Part shown: positions 18,028 through 28,709 of the stretch, piece by piece | How positions within the stretch are numbered: the first letter of the stretch is position 1 | Layout: each line of letters starts with the position of its first letter | DNA from: a virus | Direction: 5' to 3' (one strand) | IMG/VR virus record: IMGVR_UViG_3300017987_000016 | Length of the DNA: 62,350 nt | Notes under the pieces: generated by a model | Databases searched by the model: none | Told to the model about the DNA's origin: nothing | Seen by the model: the letters and a program-made list of their open reading frames with translations, nothing else | Program-made: the position numbers and the translations under genes

Positions 18028-20562
18028 TTAATCTGTCGGATCGACTTCTATGCCGTAAATTTCCCAATATGACTTATTCTTAACCTCATCCCTGATTTCG
18101 AGTATAAAATCCATACACCGTTTCCGCAACGCAACACCTTTCGTGGTTTCAACAATACTCGCTGGCAGTGGTTTTGATCTTACGGGTATATCATCAACAC
18201 CATCCACATACATATTCACTCTCAGGGGAACGGCTGATTTATACTTAACCCTTAAAATTCTCACCGGCTCTTTTCTTTTGGATGAGACACGAAATCGTTT
18301 CGATTTATACCCTGCAATAACACTCTCCCGTGCGAACGTAGAATATAATGTCTGCGTGTTTTCGTTATAGATTAAAGCCCGTCCGTCAAAATCTTTCGAT
18401 GCAATGTCGATATAATGGGATGTCAGTTTCTGCTCCCAGGCTTGTTCGACAATATCGAAAGACCATACTTCCCCATTTGGAAATTGGAATATAAACTCAT
18501 TCTCAGCCTCATCGTAAATTCCGATTATGTTCGGCATCCCATTTTCAGGATCGAGAGCGAGATACTTATCGTTGATCGGTTCTGAAATACGATTTTCAAT
18601 CAAAGGCGTTTCGTCCGCAGCAGCCACCAAGTTGGCGTCAACCACATAAATCCCGTCATAGGAAGGCATGGCAATCCGATGACCTGATTGAGCCAAACCA
18701 TTAGGAGCCAGATTCCCCCTGTTGAATCGTGCCTCCTTAAATCCCCATGTACTCATATCAATCAAATCCACGATATCCATTTTGAATATGGCATGTTTTT
18801 TAAATATCATTGGGGATCCGAAAGATGAGCCAATACCCGTGATCGGACCGCCCTCTCTGTCCAAACAGGCTTTGACTCTCGATACCGGGATAGCATCATA
18901 ACATTCTGGATAAGAAAAGGCTCCCCAATCATCATGCGATTCATTCTCTCCACCAGGGTCGAGCACGATATCGGCTAAACACAAAAGTTCTTTAACTATA
19001 ACTGCATACTGGCCATTAACATTAATCGAAGGCTCACCCTGATAAGGATGTTCTTCTCCATCAGTGAGGTTATTATCAAAAAAATTGTAAGTGGCAATCC
19101 CGCCTGACCAATTAATCAGATAACTCCCGTCTATCATCTTAGCCAATTTCCACGAAACATCAGATTTGGTAGACCAATGGACATAACACAAAAAAGCATG
19201 GCCGTAATTTTCAAGAATCATGTTTGAACTATTATCTAAAAGAATTACAGAACCTTCATATCCTTCTCCCGTAGAATCATAGTCTAATATTATCGCTACA
19301 TCTTCACCGGCAAAACCACCTCCTTCATCGGTACCGCCTTCCGCTACCTTAACATCATCTTCATAAAGTCGCCAATCACAATTCCAAAAACCATAGTCTA
19401 CGGTTTCACCTCCCACATCTGCCCAAGCCGTCGTCGTTGCAACTAATGTCGTTGAATTCAATTGAGAAGCTATCGTGCCAATCGTCCAATAGCCAGGCCC
19501 AACCTTATGAGCTAAATGAACTTTATACGTATGTGACTCTAAATCCAATTCGTACTCTAAATCGGGAAGATAGACAACCTGATCCCCTGTATAGGCTCCG
19601 TCAGTTCCCGTGTGTGCTTTTCCTGTATCTCTCGTTAATTCAACGGTTTGAATTCTATAATACGTGCCATTAATAGAATCCGAACGATAAACATTTATCC
19701 CCGTAATTCTTTTATTGAAAGAGGTTGCTATCATCGAAAAAGCCAATCTCACATGGAATTCGGATGTGCTTTTTTCAACAATAATTGGATCCTCGGATAA
19801 AAGACTTTCCTGCACACCGTCATATAGAAAGGCAAGTTTATAATACCAATATTCTTTGCTTCCCGTATCGCCAGATTCCGCAGCAGCAAACGCCCCGCCT
19901 GCAATAGCAGAACCAGACGCACTCAGAGAAGCTATATTGGGTTTGGTAAGCTGAGAATTATATGCGAAAAATCCCTTATCATAATCTGTTCCTTCTATAT
20001 AAAGTCCATCGAAGTAATCCCTGTCAATATACCCGATCCAAATGGGCTGCCCACCAGATACATTTCCAGGCAGAATTCTCAGCATGTTATCCGCATGAAT
20101 GATAGGATTCTTTGCATATTTGTGATAAAACGTTCCCAGAGTATTTTTCAAAAGCGTGTTGATGTTTTTCCACTCCCCATCGTCCCAATATTTCAGGGTA
20201 ACAACGTTTGTAGAAGAGTTAATGATCACAACAATCGTCACATGATCCACCCCATCAGTCAGAAAATCCGATAAATTAGGATGAACAAACACAAACATAT
20301 TCTTTATAGACTCGCCAATTTCAGTGTCATAAGCACTCTCTACCCAATATTCGTGATCCGTCCATGCCTTAGAGTCATCCCAATTCCCACTTTCGATCAC
20401 GTCCATAATGGCCAATCGATCCCCAAACCCGAACGTTTTCATCAATTTCCCATATTTGGCCTTCATATTCTGTAGAGAACTTGGGGTTTCCTTCGGGATG
20501 TCCCCAAGATCAGCATTTGAAATCGGGCCTGTGAATTGATCTATTTCAATGTATTTCGACAT
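18028..20562 (-). CDS. Large virion structural protein (844 aa), tail tube/nozzle candidate
   Basis: Size and position between fibre genes and internal proteins; no signal peptide. Confidence 0.4.
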   Translation of the reverse strand: MSKYIEIDQFTGPISNADLGDIPKETPSSLQNMKAKYGKLMKTFGFGDRLAIMDVIESGNWDDSKAWTDHEYWVESAYDTEIGESIKNMFVFVHPNLSDFLTDGVDHVTIVVIINSSTNVVTLKYWDDGEWKNINTLLKNTLGTFYHKYAKNPIIHADNMLRILPGNVSGGQPIWIGYIDRDYFDGLYIEGTDYDKGFFAYNSQLTKPNIASLSASGSAIAGGAFAAAESGDTGSKEYWYYKLAFLYDGVQESLLSEDPIIVEKSTSEFHVRLAFSMIATSFNKRITGINVYRSDSINGTYYRIQTVELTRDTGKAHTGTDGAYTGDQVVYLPDLEYELDLESHTYKVHLAHKVGPGYWTIGTIASQLNSTTLVATTTAWADVGGETVDYGFWNCDWRLYEDDVKVAEGGTDEGGGFAGEDVAIILDYDSTGEGYEGSVILLDNSSNMILENYGHAFLCYVHWSTKSDVSWKLAKMIDGSYLINWSGGIATYNFFDNNLTDGEEHPYQGEPSINVNGQYAVIVKELLCLADIVLDPGGENESHDDWGAFSYPECYDAIPVSRVKACLDREGGPITGIGSSFGSPMIFKKHAIFKMDIVDLIDMSTWGFKEARFNRGNLAPNGLAQSGHRIAMPSYDGIYVVDANLVAAADETPLIENRISEPINDKYLALDPENGMPNIIGIYDEAENEFIFQFPNGEVWSFDIVEQAWEQKLTSHYIDIASKDFDGRALIYNENTQTLYSTFARESVIAGYKSKRFRVSSKRKEPVRILRVKYKSAVPLRVNMYVDGVDDIPVRSKPLPASIVETTKGVALRKRCMDFILEIRDEVKNKSYWEIYGIEVDPTD

Positions 20563-22124
20563 TAAAGAGCTTCTCCCAGTGAATTGGCCACGTATTTAAA
20601 ACCGATCATAATTACATAAGCATCTGATGTACAAGTATCGCTTGCATGATCTCCGTCACGCATCACATCCAGGGTTATGTAATAATCCGTTGCGCCGATG
20701 TCAGAAGCCGATATAGTCCAAGTGTCGATATTCAAACCCTTAGACGTAGATGAACTTGTTTTGGTGGAAGACGAAGAAGAACCCGCTATGGATGTATCTT
20801 CATTTTCAGTCCGTGCAAGATGCGTCACAACCCATTGAACATCATCCGATATATTATTAGTAGCCCAAAAAAGAACTACTGTAGCGTCTGCGCTTGTATC
20901 CATGTTTTCAGGTATGCCAATATTTGCACGGATCGCCTTATCTGCACCGTCGGCAAATGACCAACCTTTACCATTCCCCCAATTAGAGAGAGTGGCTGCC
21001 ATGGTGCTATTTTCTCTTAACTCATTCGCCCCAAGCCATATTGTTTGATAAATTCTGGCCGTACCATGTAAGCTTAATTCGCCATCGGCTGCAAACTGAG
21101 CATAATTTGTAGTCCCACCGTCGCCTATTTGCGTATTATCGCTGGCATCAACATTTACCACACCATTATCAAGTTGTGTATCTGAGTTCTGTGTGTGTTT
21201 TTTAGTGATCGCATCTGACGCATCCGAAACAGATAATCCACTATCATCGGGTAAACCGTTTGCGTCCGCATCCATCAGATTATTCTCTGTGATCGTAGAT
21301 GTATGATCCGAACTTGAGTCTATGGCGTGGCTTCTGTCGTGTAATTTAGAATGGTCATAACTTGATTCATGGGTTGAAACAGCACCGGCATCTTCATAAT
21401 CGGAATCGGATTTACCTGAATCTTTTGGTAGTCCGTTTGCGTCAAAGGATACGAAATTATCCTCTGTTGCACCCGAAACTCCATTATGATCGTCGGTTCC
21501 GTCAATATCATGTTTTCTGTCATGTTTCTTCGAAACAGCATCTTCTATGTCAGTGCCAGCAGAAGTAATGTCCACGTGTGCATTTACGGGTATTAAGTTA
21601 AGAGCATCGCTTACATTGGCCGAATCGGTAACATCGGCATTCGCTTCGATCCCATCGAGCTTTGCCCCATCTACTGAAATGTCTCTGTCGTCAATTAATA
21701 TCAAATTATCAACAGTTAAAGTATCTTGGAGATTTCCCCCACAGATCAACGTATCTGAAGTATTGACCATTAAAACAGTATCGGTATTTTGAGTGTGTCT
21801 TTTAGAAACCGCATCTTCAATATTGGCGCCAGAAGATGTGATGTCTGAATGTGCGTTTGCCGTTATCTCCTCATGGGCATCTTCAACATCTTCGATGAAG
21901 TTTTCAACCTGAGTACCCTTCGTTAATTCCCACCAAACTACTTTGCCATCAATTGCGGCAATCTGATACCTTCGGCTTTTATAAATACATAGGGTGACAC
22001 TATTCTTACTGAGTTCGGAAACCCGCACCGATGCTGGATTTTTCCGAAGCAATCGATATTTGATCTGCCCGAAAGAAGAAGTGGCAAAAATGAGAAAAAT
22101 GAGTATTTTAATTAGTCTTTTCAT
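20562..22124 (-). CDS. Tail fibre-like protein with signal peptide and internal His/Asp-rich repeats
   Basis: MKRLIKILIFLIFATSSFGQ; repeats NAHSDITSSGANIEDAVSKRHTQNTD / NAHVDITSAGTDIEDAVSKKHDRKHD / SDAITKKHTQNSD. Confidence 0.5.
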   Translation of the reverse strand: MKRLIKILIFLIFATSSFGQIKYRLLRKNPASVRVSELSKNSVTLCIYKSRRYQIAAIDGKVVWWELTKGTQVENFIEDVEDAHEEITANAHSDITSSGANIEDAVSKRHTQNTDTVLMVNTSDTLICGGNLQDTLTVDNLILIDDRDISVDGAKLDGIEANADVTDSANVSDALNLIPVNAHVDITSAGTDIEDAVSKKHDRKHDIDGTDDHNGVSGATEDNFVSFDANGLPKDSGKSDSDYEDAGAVSTHESSYDHSKLHDRSHAIDSSSDHTSTITENNLMDADANGLPDDSGLSVSDASDAITKKHTQNSDTQLDNGVVNVDASDNTQIGDGGTTNYAQFAADGELSLHGTARIYQTIWLGANELRENSTMAATLSNWGNGKGWSFADGADKAIRANIGIPENMDTSADATVVLFWATNNISDDVQWVVTHLARTENEDTSIAGSSSSSTKTSSSTSKGLNIDTWTISASDIGATDYYITLDVMRDGDHASDTCTSDAYVIMIGFKYVANSLGEAL

Positions 22125-22126
22125 CT

Positions 22127-22681
22127 TTAGATATTGTTTGAAAATACCTGTAATTCATAATCTAAATTAGATGTATCCGCCACACTCCCATAGGCCCCCA
22201 CACCAACCACCACAGTCACAGTACCCGCCACAAGAGTCACCGATTGCCTGTGGAACGCCCAGTCACATTTGGAAATTATGCTTACTTTTGGTGTCGTTGT
22301 ATAAGTTTTAGCAAGGGTGTGTGTTACTGTATTTAAATCAAGAGGATCATCGGGCGCCGGAGAAGGACTCGGCGTACCCGAAGAATAAGCTTGAATCTCT
22401 ACGAGCCTTCCCCCTCCGAAATTTGTTAATATCTGCCATGTGGAACCATTATATAAAATTGCGTCAAACTGCTCACAGACGACCCCTCCGTAAGTTCCGG
22501 CTTCGTTTATATAATAAAAATCTCCCGAACTCGGGCTACCCGTGACTATATCTCCGTTGTTCAACACGCCTTTCCAAGTAAGTCCGGCAAGCATGTAATT
22601 GAACAACTCATCGAACATGCTGTTTAATTTAGACCGTACCGACGCTCCAGAATCATTATTATTTATAACTTGCCGTGCCAT
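22127..22681 (-). CDS. Tail fibre-associated protein (184 aa)
   Basis: N-terminus MARQVINNNDSGASVRSKLNSMFDELFN resembles the conserved N-terminal motif of many phage fibre proteins. Confidence 0.4.
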   Translation of the reverse strand: MARQVINNNDSGASVRSKLNSMFDELFNYMLAGLTWKGVLNNGDIVTGSPSSGDFYYINEAGTYGGVVCEQFDAILYNGSTWQILTNFGGGRLVEIQAYSSGTPSPSPAPDDPLDLNTVTHTLAKTYTTTPKVSIISKCDWAFHRQSVTLVAGTVTVVVGVGAYGSVADTSNLDYELQVFSNNI

Positions 22682-22695
22682 TATTTAAGTCTCCG

Positions 22696-24609
22696 CTATT
22701 CTTCCTTGCTTTTTTCCCAACGATATTCTGCACCAGAAGCTCCGTCAGCAGGTCTTACAACGATCAACGAATCATTCCTTGCATCCCACTTCGGAACATC
22801 TTGTGCGTCGGCAGCAGAACCAAGAAACGTGATGGTATAACTATCTGTGGATTTTGCCCCTGGAATTAAAACCGTATCTTTTACTGCCGTACCACTAAAT
22901 GAATCTCTTCCAGACGCCGCATTCGTCAGCGAACTCAATACAGCACCGGATATATTTGTTATATAATTATTTTTGACATAATTACTATCAGACCCAGCGA
23001 TTCCCTTTATAAAATTGGTTGGGACATCACTGGAGTCACTCCCAACCATGTTATTAGTAAATACATTTCCATCCCCAGCACCGGAAAAGTATATAACATG
23101 GGGATATGATGACCCACTGCTCGATGCAACATCTTGCAGAAAGTTAAGAGCGATAAGGTTATCATCAGCGCTTTCATCTAATCGGATTTCATAAACAGAA
23201 CTCCCTCCAAGTAAATTTCCACCAATTATATTATCAGCAGCTGATGTCCGAATACCATAAGAATCACCCCAGGCCAGATTCCCCCAGACAATAGACTTTC
23301 CACCATTTGGCCTGATTGATCTGGAATCCTTCAAAACATTGAATGATATGATCGTTCCAGGACCGGAGCTAATTATAGCATCTTTGCACCCATAGAATGT
23401 ATTGACTGTAATCGTCCCCCAATCCCAATATGCTTCAATGCCAGTATCTAAATTATTAAAATGGTTCCCGTATATAGAATTCCCTCTCATGGTCGTACTG
23501 TTTGTACCTGAAATCCCATGCGATCCGCCAATATTCCCATCCCCTTCAAATGTATTGCCCTCAACAACATTTCCTTGACAGGGATTAGAACCATCTGTAC
23601 TAAAAATTATTCCTGCAATATCATAGCCGAGATTGTCAGGGATATTCTTGAAATAGGACTTAGAAATCTTATTGTAATAAGTATCTATAAAGATTGCACT
23701 TGAATTGACTTCCTGCTCTCTTGTCAATGTAAAAGTACATCCAATGACTTTGTTAGACCTTCCTGAATGCAGCCTTAAATGCACATAATCGATCGAGTCC
23801 CACCTACAATTTTCAAAATACCAGTACCACGGACTATCAATATTTATTCCATAATGCTCTGAACCCTTGAAAGCACAATTCTTCATAGTAATGCAGTGTG
23901 TCGCAGCTGCATCATCATCATGAATGAGATTAAAATTGGTTTTATCGTGTTTTGGGTGATTTCTATTCCCATCCCATGTCAATCCCTCAAACGTACAACT
24001 ATCGCCATTAATAAAGCAAAAATAGATTGAATAAGCCGAATCACATTCGCATTTCAATGTCGTAAAATGGCCCACGTACTTCACTCCACTGCTATCAAAC
24101 GTGATCTTCTTCATCATATACGTAACCCAGGGCTTGTAGCTCATGTGTCGGCAGATATTCGCATCTATTGCACGTTCATGATTGGTCTCATTGTCCGTGG
24201 ACCCATCACCAACGACTCCCCACCATTCCGGGAAACACACTTCATTGCTGATTTTGCCCGTAATAGTTAAATTGGGGCCAAATATCTGATACCTTCCTGC
24301 ATTGATGTAGCAATTATCTAAATGCAGTGTTTTGGCATTACCCGGAGAGATTTTACCACCCATGGGGATATCCAAAGTAACATTAGCATCTACCGTATCG
24401 TCGGTTGAAAGACCAATCACATCGGGGATGAGTAGGGTTGCAGTATCGGACGCAGCTTTCGTCAAAGCAGCTCCGAGGCTATCGAAACCGTCTACGGTAT
24501 AATAAGCATTATATTGATAGGCGTATTTAGTCTCTTTACCTCTATATGATTGACCAAAAAGTATCGAGGCAAATAATAGTGTAAATATATATATTCCAAA
24601 TCGTTTCAT
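22696..24609 (-). CDS. Right-handed beta-helix (pectate-lyase-like) tailspike / depolymerase candidate with signal peptide
   Basis: MKRFGIYIFTLLFASILFGQ; FPEWWGVVGDGSTDNETNHERAIDA (Pectate_lyase_3-like); many N/G-rich repeats such as GNSIYGNHFNN. Confidence 0.55.
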   Translation of the reverse strand: MKRFGIYIFTLLFASILFGQSYRGKETKYAYQYNAYYTVDGFDSLGAALTKAASDTATLLIPDVIGLSTDDTVDANVTLDIPMGGKISPGNAKTLHLDNCYINAGRYQIFGPNLTITGKISNEVCFPEWWGVVGDGSTDNETNHERAIDANICRHMSYKPWVTYMMKKITFDSSGVKYVGHFTTLKCECDSAYSIYFCFINGDSCTFEGLTWDGNRNHPKHDKTNFNLIHDDDAAATHCITMKNCAFKGSEHYGINIDSPWYWYFENCRWDSIDYVHLRLHSGRSNKVIGCTFTLTREQEVNSSAIFIDTYYNKISKSYFKNIPDNLGYDIAGIIFSTDGSNPCQGNVVEGNTFEGDGNIGGSHGISGTNSTTMRGNSIYGNHFNNLDTGIEAYWDWGTITVNTFYGCKDAIISSGPGTIISFNVLKDSRSIRPNGGKSIVWGNLAWGDSYGIRTSAADNIIGGNLLGGSSVYEIRLDESADDNLIALNFLQDVASSSGSSYPHVIYFSGAGDGNVFTNNMVGSDSSDVPTNFIKGIAGSDSNYVKNNYITNISGAVLSSLTNAASGRDSFSGTAVKDTVLIPGAKSTDSYTITFLGSAADAQDVPKWDARNDSLIVVRPADGASGAEYRWEKSKEE

Positions 24610-27600
24610 TTTATTTTCTCCTCAAGAGCTTCGATACGTTTCTGTTGATCTTGAATGACACCAATCAAGTAGGTTATCATCCGTTTCTGGTGCCAGTCTT
24701 TAGGATTTCCTTCACTGTCATAGGCTGTGATAAGTTCTGGCAACACCCTAGCCACGTCCTCGGCAACCAATCCATAATCGTGCATTCCGGCGACCGCACT
24801 TTTTTCATTCCAGTCAAATTCAACGGGACAAAGCATGTTTATTTTGATTGGGTCTAACTTCCATCCCTTAATATTGTTTTTATAGATTCTACTGGAAGCA
24901 TCCTCAACAATTTCATCTGTATTGGCTACTCTATACAATGTTTGTCCAGTTCCCGTGTCAAGCCCTTGCATAAAAACATCACCATCAGAAGCATTTACTA
25001 TAAGCGCACTATCTTCATTCGCTGATTGAACACGGAAATCCACATCACCTCCATTACCATTAATCTCGAAGTAGTCTTGGGAGTCATTCTCTAACATATC
25101 GAACATTAATACGTCGCCAGTTTTTAGATAAAATCGGTCATTCGCAAATGCAAAGTACGTATCGGGGTCGCCATTATGCTTAACTGTCTGGTCAAAACCA
25201 ACCTCTGCACCAATGACCTGAAATGGATAATCAGGGTTTGCCGTACAAACACCAAGCCAACCTTTCGCTGTTACGACAACACTACTATCCCCAGGGTTGC
25301 CGTCGTCATCGTTGATAGCTTGGAATAAATTGCCAGTCGTTTTGTTACCATCAATCTTTAACCCAAGGGCACTGCCAGACGTGTTAATATCAACTGGACC
25401 GATAAAATCAGGAGCCGTACTAAATACTATATTGGTCGAAACAGTACCCGTCGTACCCGTTGCATTACTCAAATAATTAAGTTGTGTTCTGGTTGTGGAC
25501 AAATCATCAATGACCTCTAATTCAGCCTCATTTATAACGGCGTCGCCTATGGCAATTTGAGTTGTAAACAGTGGGCTGTTAAGCGGTGCCAAACTGGCCG
25601 TTGAAGTTGGAAAAGTATATGTCTGCGCGGCGGTTCCAGAGAATGTATATCCGGCATAGGCAGGAGCCGTTGTAACCCCACCACTTAAAAGAGGCTGTCC
25701 GGCGGCCACATCAGCAAGTTTACCATAAGTCTCCGCGGCAGTGGCATATAACAAGTCCCCGACTGCGTGAGATTGTCCGGCGAGTGATGTTAAGTTTGCG
25801 TCTAATCCTTGCCCGCCGATTTGAGTCAATACATTTGCCGGTGTTTTAAATTCCAAAGCAGAGTTATCGGAATTGGAGCCCAGGATATAATTATTCCCAC
25901 CCGAAGTAACAACGCCATAGGTGTTGTCGGCTGTCGTTTCGAGGATAGAAACGTCTGCTTCTGTCAACCCTGCAATACTCGCCAGGGCTGCATGAGCATC
26001 CTGAAAAGCAGTTGCTTCCTCTCCATCCAATAGATCGGCGTTTAAATTTGTGTTGACTGTGGTAGACGTTATTGAGAAAGGTGAGGTTCCAACTGGTACT
26101 CCACTAACCCATTGACCCAACTTATTTACTACGGAAGAACTATCTCCAGCGACACCGTCATCATCATTTATAAATTCTGCAAGATTGCCAGTTGTCTTGT
26201 TTCCGTCAACAGATATACCATTCGCACTACCATATAGAGTAAGAGCTAAATTACCGGACGAGGAAAGGCTCATTCTCAATTGTGTGTCATTATACCACCC
26301 GAAAAGCTTCTTTCCAGCACCAAAGGGAGACCATGTTGTAGCCGTCTTTTCGCCAGCAGAAAACTTCATAACATAATCGGTAGGCGTGGCTTGGGTAGAT
26401 GCGCCAGCCAACCATAGACCTTCTACATCGGCTGCCTTAGTAAGACCAATTAATCTTAACCCCCCATCGCTACCATCATTAATACTGAAATTAGCATAGG
26501 CATCAGAAGAACTCAAACCGGTCATACCATGATTGAGACCATCTTTTCTAAATTCTACCTCTTCAGACGACTCGGCAACATAAGTCGCCGTGTCATCCTG
26601 ACTCCAATAGGTGTTCACCCCACTAAGTGCAGTTCGTAAGGCAGAAGCCGAATCTGTTAGCGCGCTTCGGGTCGCCACATGACCTGTAGCATGGCTGGTT
26701 GAATCGGCAATGTTTACTTTTTTATTTATTTCTGTCCAATGATTAGAAGCCGTGTCCGTACCAGCAGAACGTGTCATATAATGATTTACTGCATGAGATG
26801 TAGAATCTACTTTGTTAACTTTGGAATCAATCTGCGTCTGCACGTCCGAGGTTACAGAGGACAAATAGCCTAATTCGGTCGCGGATACATTCGTTTCATA
26901 GCTCTTGGCAGAAAAATCTCCGGTAGCCTGGACTTTCCCGTCTGTCTTTATTATCAAAGACTGATTTCCAACCTTAATGGGGTTATCTGATACTATTCGA
27001 GTCGTGTCTCCATCGTCATACCAATAAGAAGAGTCTGCCTTGGAGTCATCAGTAACCATGAATCTCTTACTGTACACAACCTGCCATCTCTTATCGGGGT
27101 GTGCAGAATCATGACTCCCATCATCAACGGGTTCAATAGAACCTTTAAACCCAATAGAACCTCCCTTCCCTTTCATTACATCTCCAACCCGGGTCGTGTC
27201 ATCTGCATCGGAGAAATAATCTGATAAAACAGTATCGGCAGTTGCATTCCCGTTAGCTTCTAAATCACCATCTACATAAAAATTATTAGATAGTTCAAAT
27301 CTACTATTCCCGTCGTCCCACTTGAAGCTTTCAGCCGTAAAACTCCCATCATCGGCAAAATAGAGAATTGCATCATGGTCGCCCGTCGTGGTATCACCAA
27401 TAGTAACTGTCTGAAGCGTGTAGACCCCTCCAGATGTATCCACCCAAAATGCCTGAGTTCCCTCATCTTTTATTTCGATAAAATATTTTGACCTCGAAGC
27501 ATCAATCCTAATCGTATCATTGTCCGCAACCCAGGCCGTCGCTGAATCGACTATTCCGATTTCAATCTGATAATAGTATTCATTGATCGTCACACTGTCG

Positions 27601-27818
27601 GCCGTAAGTTCGGTCGCATGAAGGCTATCTACTTGAAGTAAAACAGCGTAAAGATCGGCCACATGAAGGCTATCTATCCCCACGATATAACCAAATCCCT
27701 TTATCCATATCGTGTCGTTCGTGGCATAGACAAACTTATTCCCAAGTCTTCCCTGACCCATGGCCGACTGACCGAACAAAAGGATAAGGATTGCTAAAAA
27801 AATGAATATCTTCTTCAT
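24606..27818 (-). CDS. Tail fibre (1070 aa) with C-terminal peptidase S74 intramolecular-chaperone domain and N-terminal signal peptide
   Basis: C-terminus SSRIYKNNIKGW...PVEFDWNEKS...HDYGLVAEDVARVLPELI...IGVIQDQQKRIEALEEKIK; N-terminus MKKIFIFLAILILLFGQSAMGQ. Confidence 0.7.
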   Translation of the reverse strand: MKKIFIFLAILILLFGQSAMGQGRLGNKFVYATNDTIWIKGFGYIVGIDSLHVADLYAVLLQVDSLHATELTADSVTINEYYYQIEIGIVDSATAWVADNDTIRIDASRSKYFIEIKDEGTQAFWVDTSGGVYTLQTVTIGDTTTGDHDAILYFADDGSFTAESFKWDDGNSRFELSNNFYVDGDLEANGNATADTVLSDYFSDADDTTRVGDVMKGKGGSIGFKGSIEPVDDGSHDSAHPDKRWQVVYSKRFMVTDDSKADSSYWYDDGDTTRIVSDNPIKVGNQSLIIKTDGKVQATGDFSAKSYETNVSATELGYLSSVTSDVQTQIDSKVNKVDSTSHAVNHYMTRSAGTDTASNHWTEINKKVNIADSTSHATGHVATRSALTDSASALRTALSGVNTYWSQDDTATYVAESSEEVEFRKDGLNHGMTGLSSSDAYANFSINDGSDGGLRLIGLTKAADVEGLWLAGASTQATPTDYVMKFSAGEKTATTWSPFGAGKKLFGWYNDTQLRMSLSSSGNLALTLYGSANGISVDGNKTTGNLAEFINDDDGVAGDSSSVVNKLGQWVSGVPVGTSPFSITSTTVNTNLNADLLDGEEATAFQDAHAALASIAGLTEADVSILETTADNTYGVVTSGGNNYILGSNSDNSALEFKTPANVLTQIGGQGLDANLTSLAGQSHAVGDLLYATAAETYGKLADVAAGQPLLSGGVTTAPAYAGYTFSGTAAQTYTFPTSTASLAPLNSPLFTTQIAIGDAVINEAELEVIDDLSTTRTQLNYLSNATGTTGTVSTNIVFSTAPDFIGPVDINTSGSALGLKIDGNKTTGNLFQAINDDDGNPGDSSVVVTAKGWLGVCTANPDYPFQVIGAEVGFDQTVKHNGDPDTYFAFANDRFYLKTGDVLMFDMLENDSQDYFEINGNGGDVDFRVQSANEDSALIVNASDGDVFMQGLDTGTGQTLYRVANTDEIVEDASSRIYKNNIKGWKLDPIKINMLCPVEFDWNEKSAVAGMHDYGLVAEDVARVLPELITAYDSEGNPKDWHQKRMITYLIGVIQDQQKRIEALEEKIK

Positions 27819-27830
27819 GGCTTTTCCTTT

Positions 27831-27851
27831 AATAATTATGTACTTGACAAA
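27831..27851. repeat. Left copy of a perfect 21-bp inverted repeat (13 nt upstream of the fibre ATG)
   Basis: aataattatgtacttgacaaa; exact reverse complement at 28355..28375. Confidence 0.95.
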
Positions 27852-27863
27852 CCACCTTGTTTT

Positions 27864-28331
27864 TTATTCCGTTGTTAAATAATAATTGGGAACAGATTTT
27901 AGTTCATAGGCTATGATACCATAAATAATTTTAAGCATTGTAGATTGTTCAAAAGGCCCATCGGGTAAATCTCGGCCCCTTTTCCATGTTTCCCCTGGTC
28001 GTTCCATGCGATTGCTTACAGTACACCCTATATAGCCTTTGTCGTTATTTGGTTTTCTGATACAAATATTGTATCGACTGCAATGAGTATATAAGAAAAC
28101 ACGTAGTCGTTCTTCTTTTGTACCTTGATCATTAATGCCATAAATAATAGATTTGCCATTTCTCCAACTGATATTTTGTATCCATTTGTAAAATTCTGGA
28201 TATGCGGTCTCGACAAACCTCTTGTCTACCAATTTGACCTTGTGGTCTCTTTCAAACATTTCACGAAAATGCTTTTTTCCATCCACGACATATTCCACGG
28301 GGTTTTCTGCTGATACTTTTTTTTCAGACAT
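27864..28331 (-). CDS. Hypothetical cytoplasmic protein (155 aa) bracketed by the 21-bp inverted repeats
   Basis: ORF track; RBS ACAGGAGGACACCTATC before the ATG; no signal peptide, unlike its neighbours. Confidence 0.55.
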   Translation of the reverse strand: MSEKKVSAENPVEYVVDGKKHFREMFERDHKVKLVDKRFVETAYPEFYKWIQNISWRNGKSIIYGINDQGTKEERLRVFLYTHCSRYNICIRKPNNDKGYIGCTVSNRMERPGETWKRGRDLPDGPFEQSTMLKIIYGIIAYELKSVPNYYLTTE

Positions 28332-28354
28332 GATAGGTGTCCTCCTGTTATGGA

Positions 28355-28375
28355 TTTGTCAAGTACATAATTATT
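28355..28375. repeat. Right copy of the perfect 21-bp inverted repeat (overlaps the stop codon of 28371..28709)
   Basis: tttgtcaagtacataattatt. Confidence 0.95.
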
Positions 28376-28709
28376 TGTCTTCTTTAATTCTCGATGATCT
28401 CTTAATTCCCTTCTTGATTTTCCCCATAACGTTCTTCGTGTGCCATTTATCATTTTTCCAATATGTTATAACTGCTTTTTTTGCTTTGGAATAAACAGTG
28501 GTATCGCTAAGACTGACCATAAAAATGGGTTCATCAAATTCATAAGTAATTTTCGCATCAGACTCATGCCTGTTCCCCCTGGGTGTGCCATGATACTCCT
28601 CTCCGTTAATCTCCATACAACTGAATTCCACCACGAAATAGACCTTTTTCTTCCCCTGACCGAACAGAGGTATGGCTATTAAAAGAACAAGACATAGAAT
28701 TCTTTTCAT
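28371..28709 (-). CDS. Small secreted protein (112 aa) with signal peptide
   Basis: ATG 28709 in an ATGA overlap with the upstream stop; MKRILCLVLLIAIPLFGQ-GKK. Confidence 0.5.
   Translation of the reverse strand: MKRILCLVLLIAIPLFGQGKKKVYFVVEFSCMEINGEEYHGTPRGNRHESDAKITYEFDEPIFMVSLSDTTVYSKAKKAVITYWKNDKWHTKNVMGKIKKGIKRSSRIKEDK

Noticed and set aside
20562-27818. A diversity-generating retroelement targeting the fibre genes
   Set aside because: No reverse transcriptase ORF and no template/variable repeat pair were found anywhere in the window.
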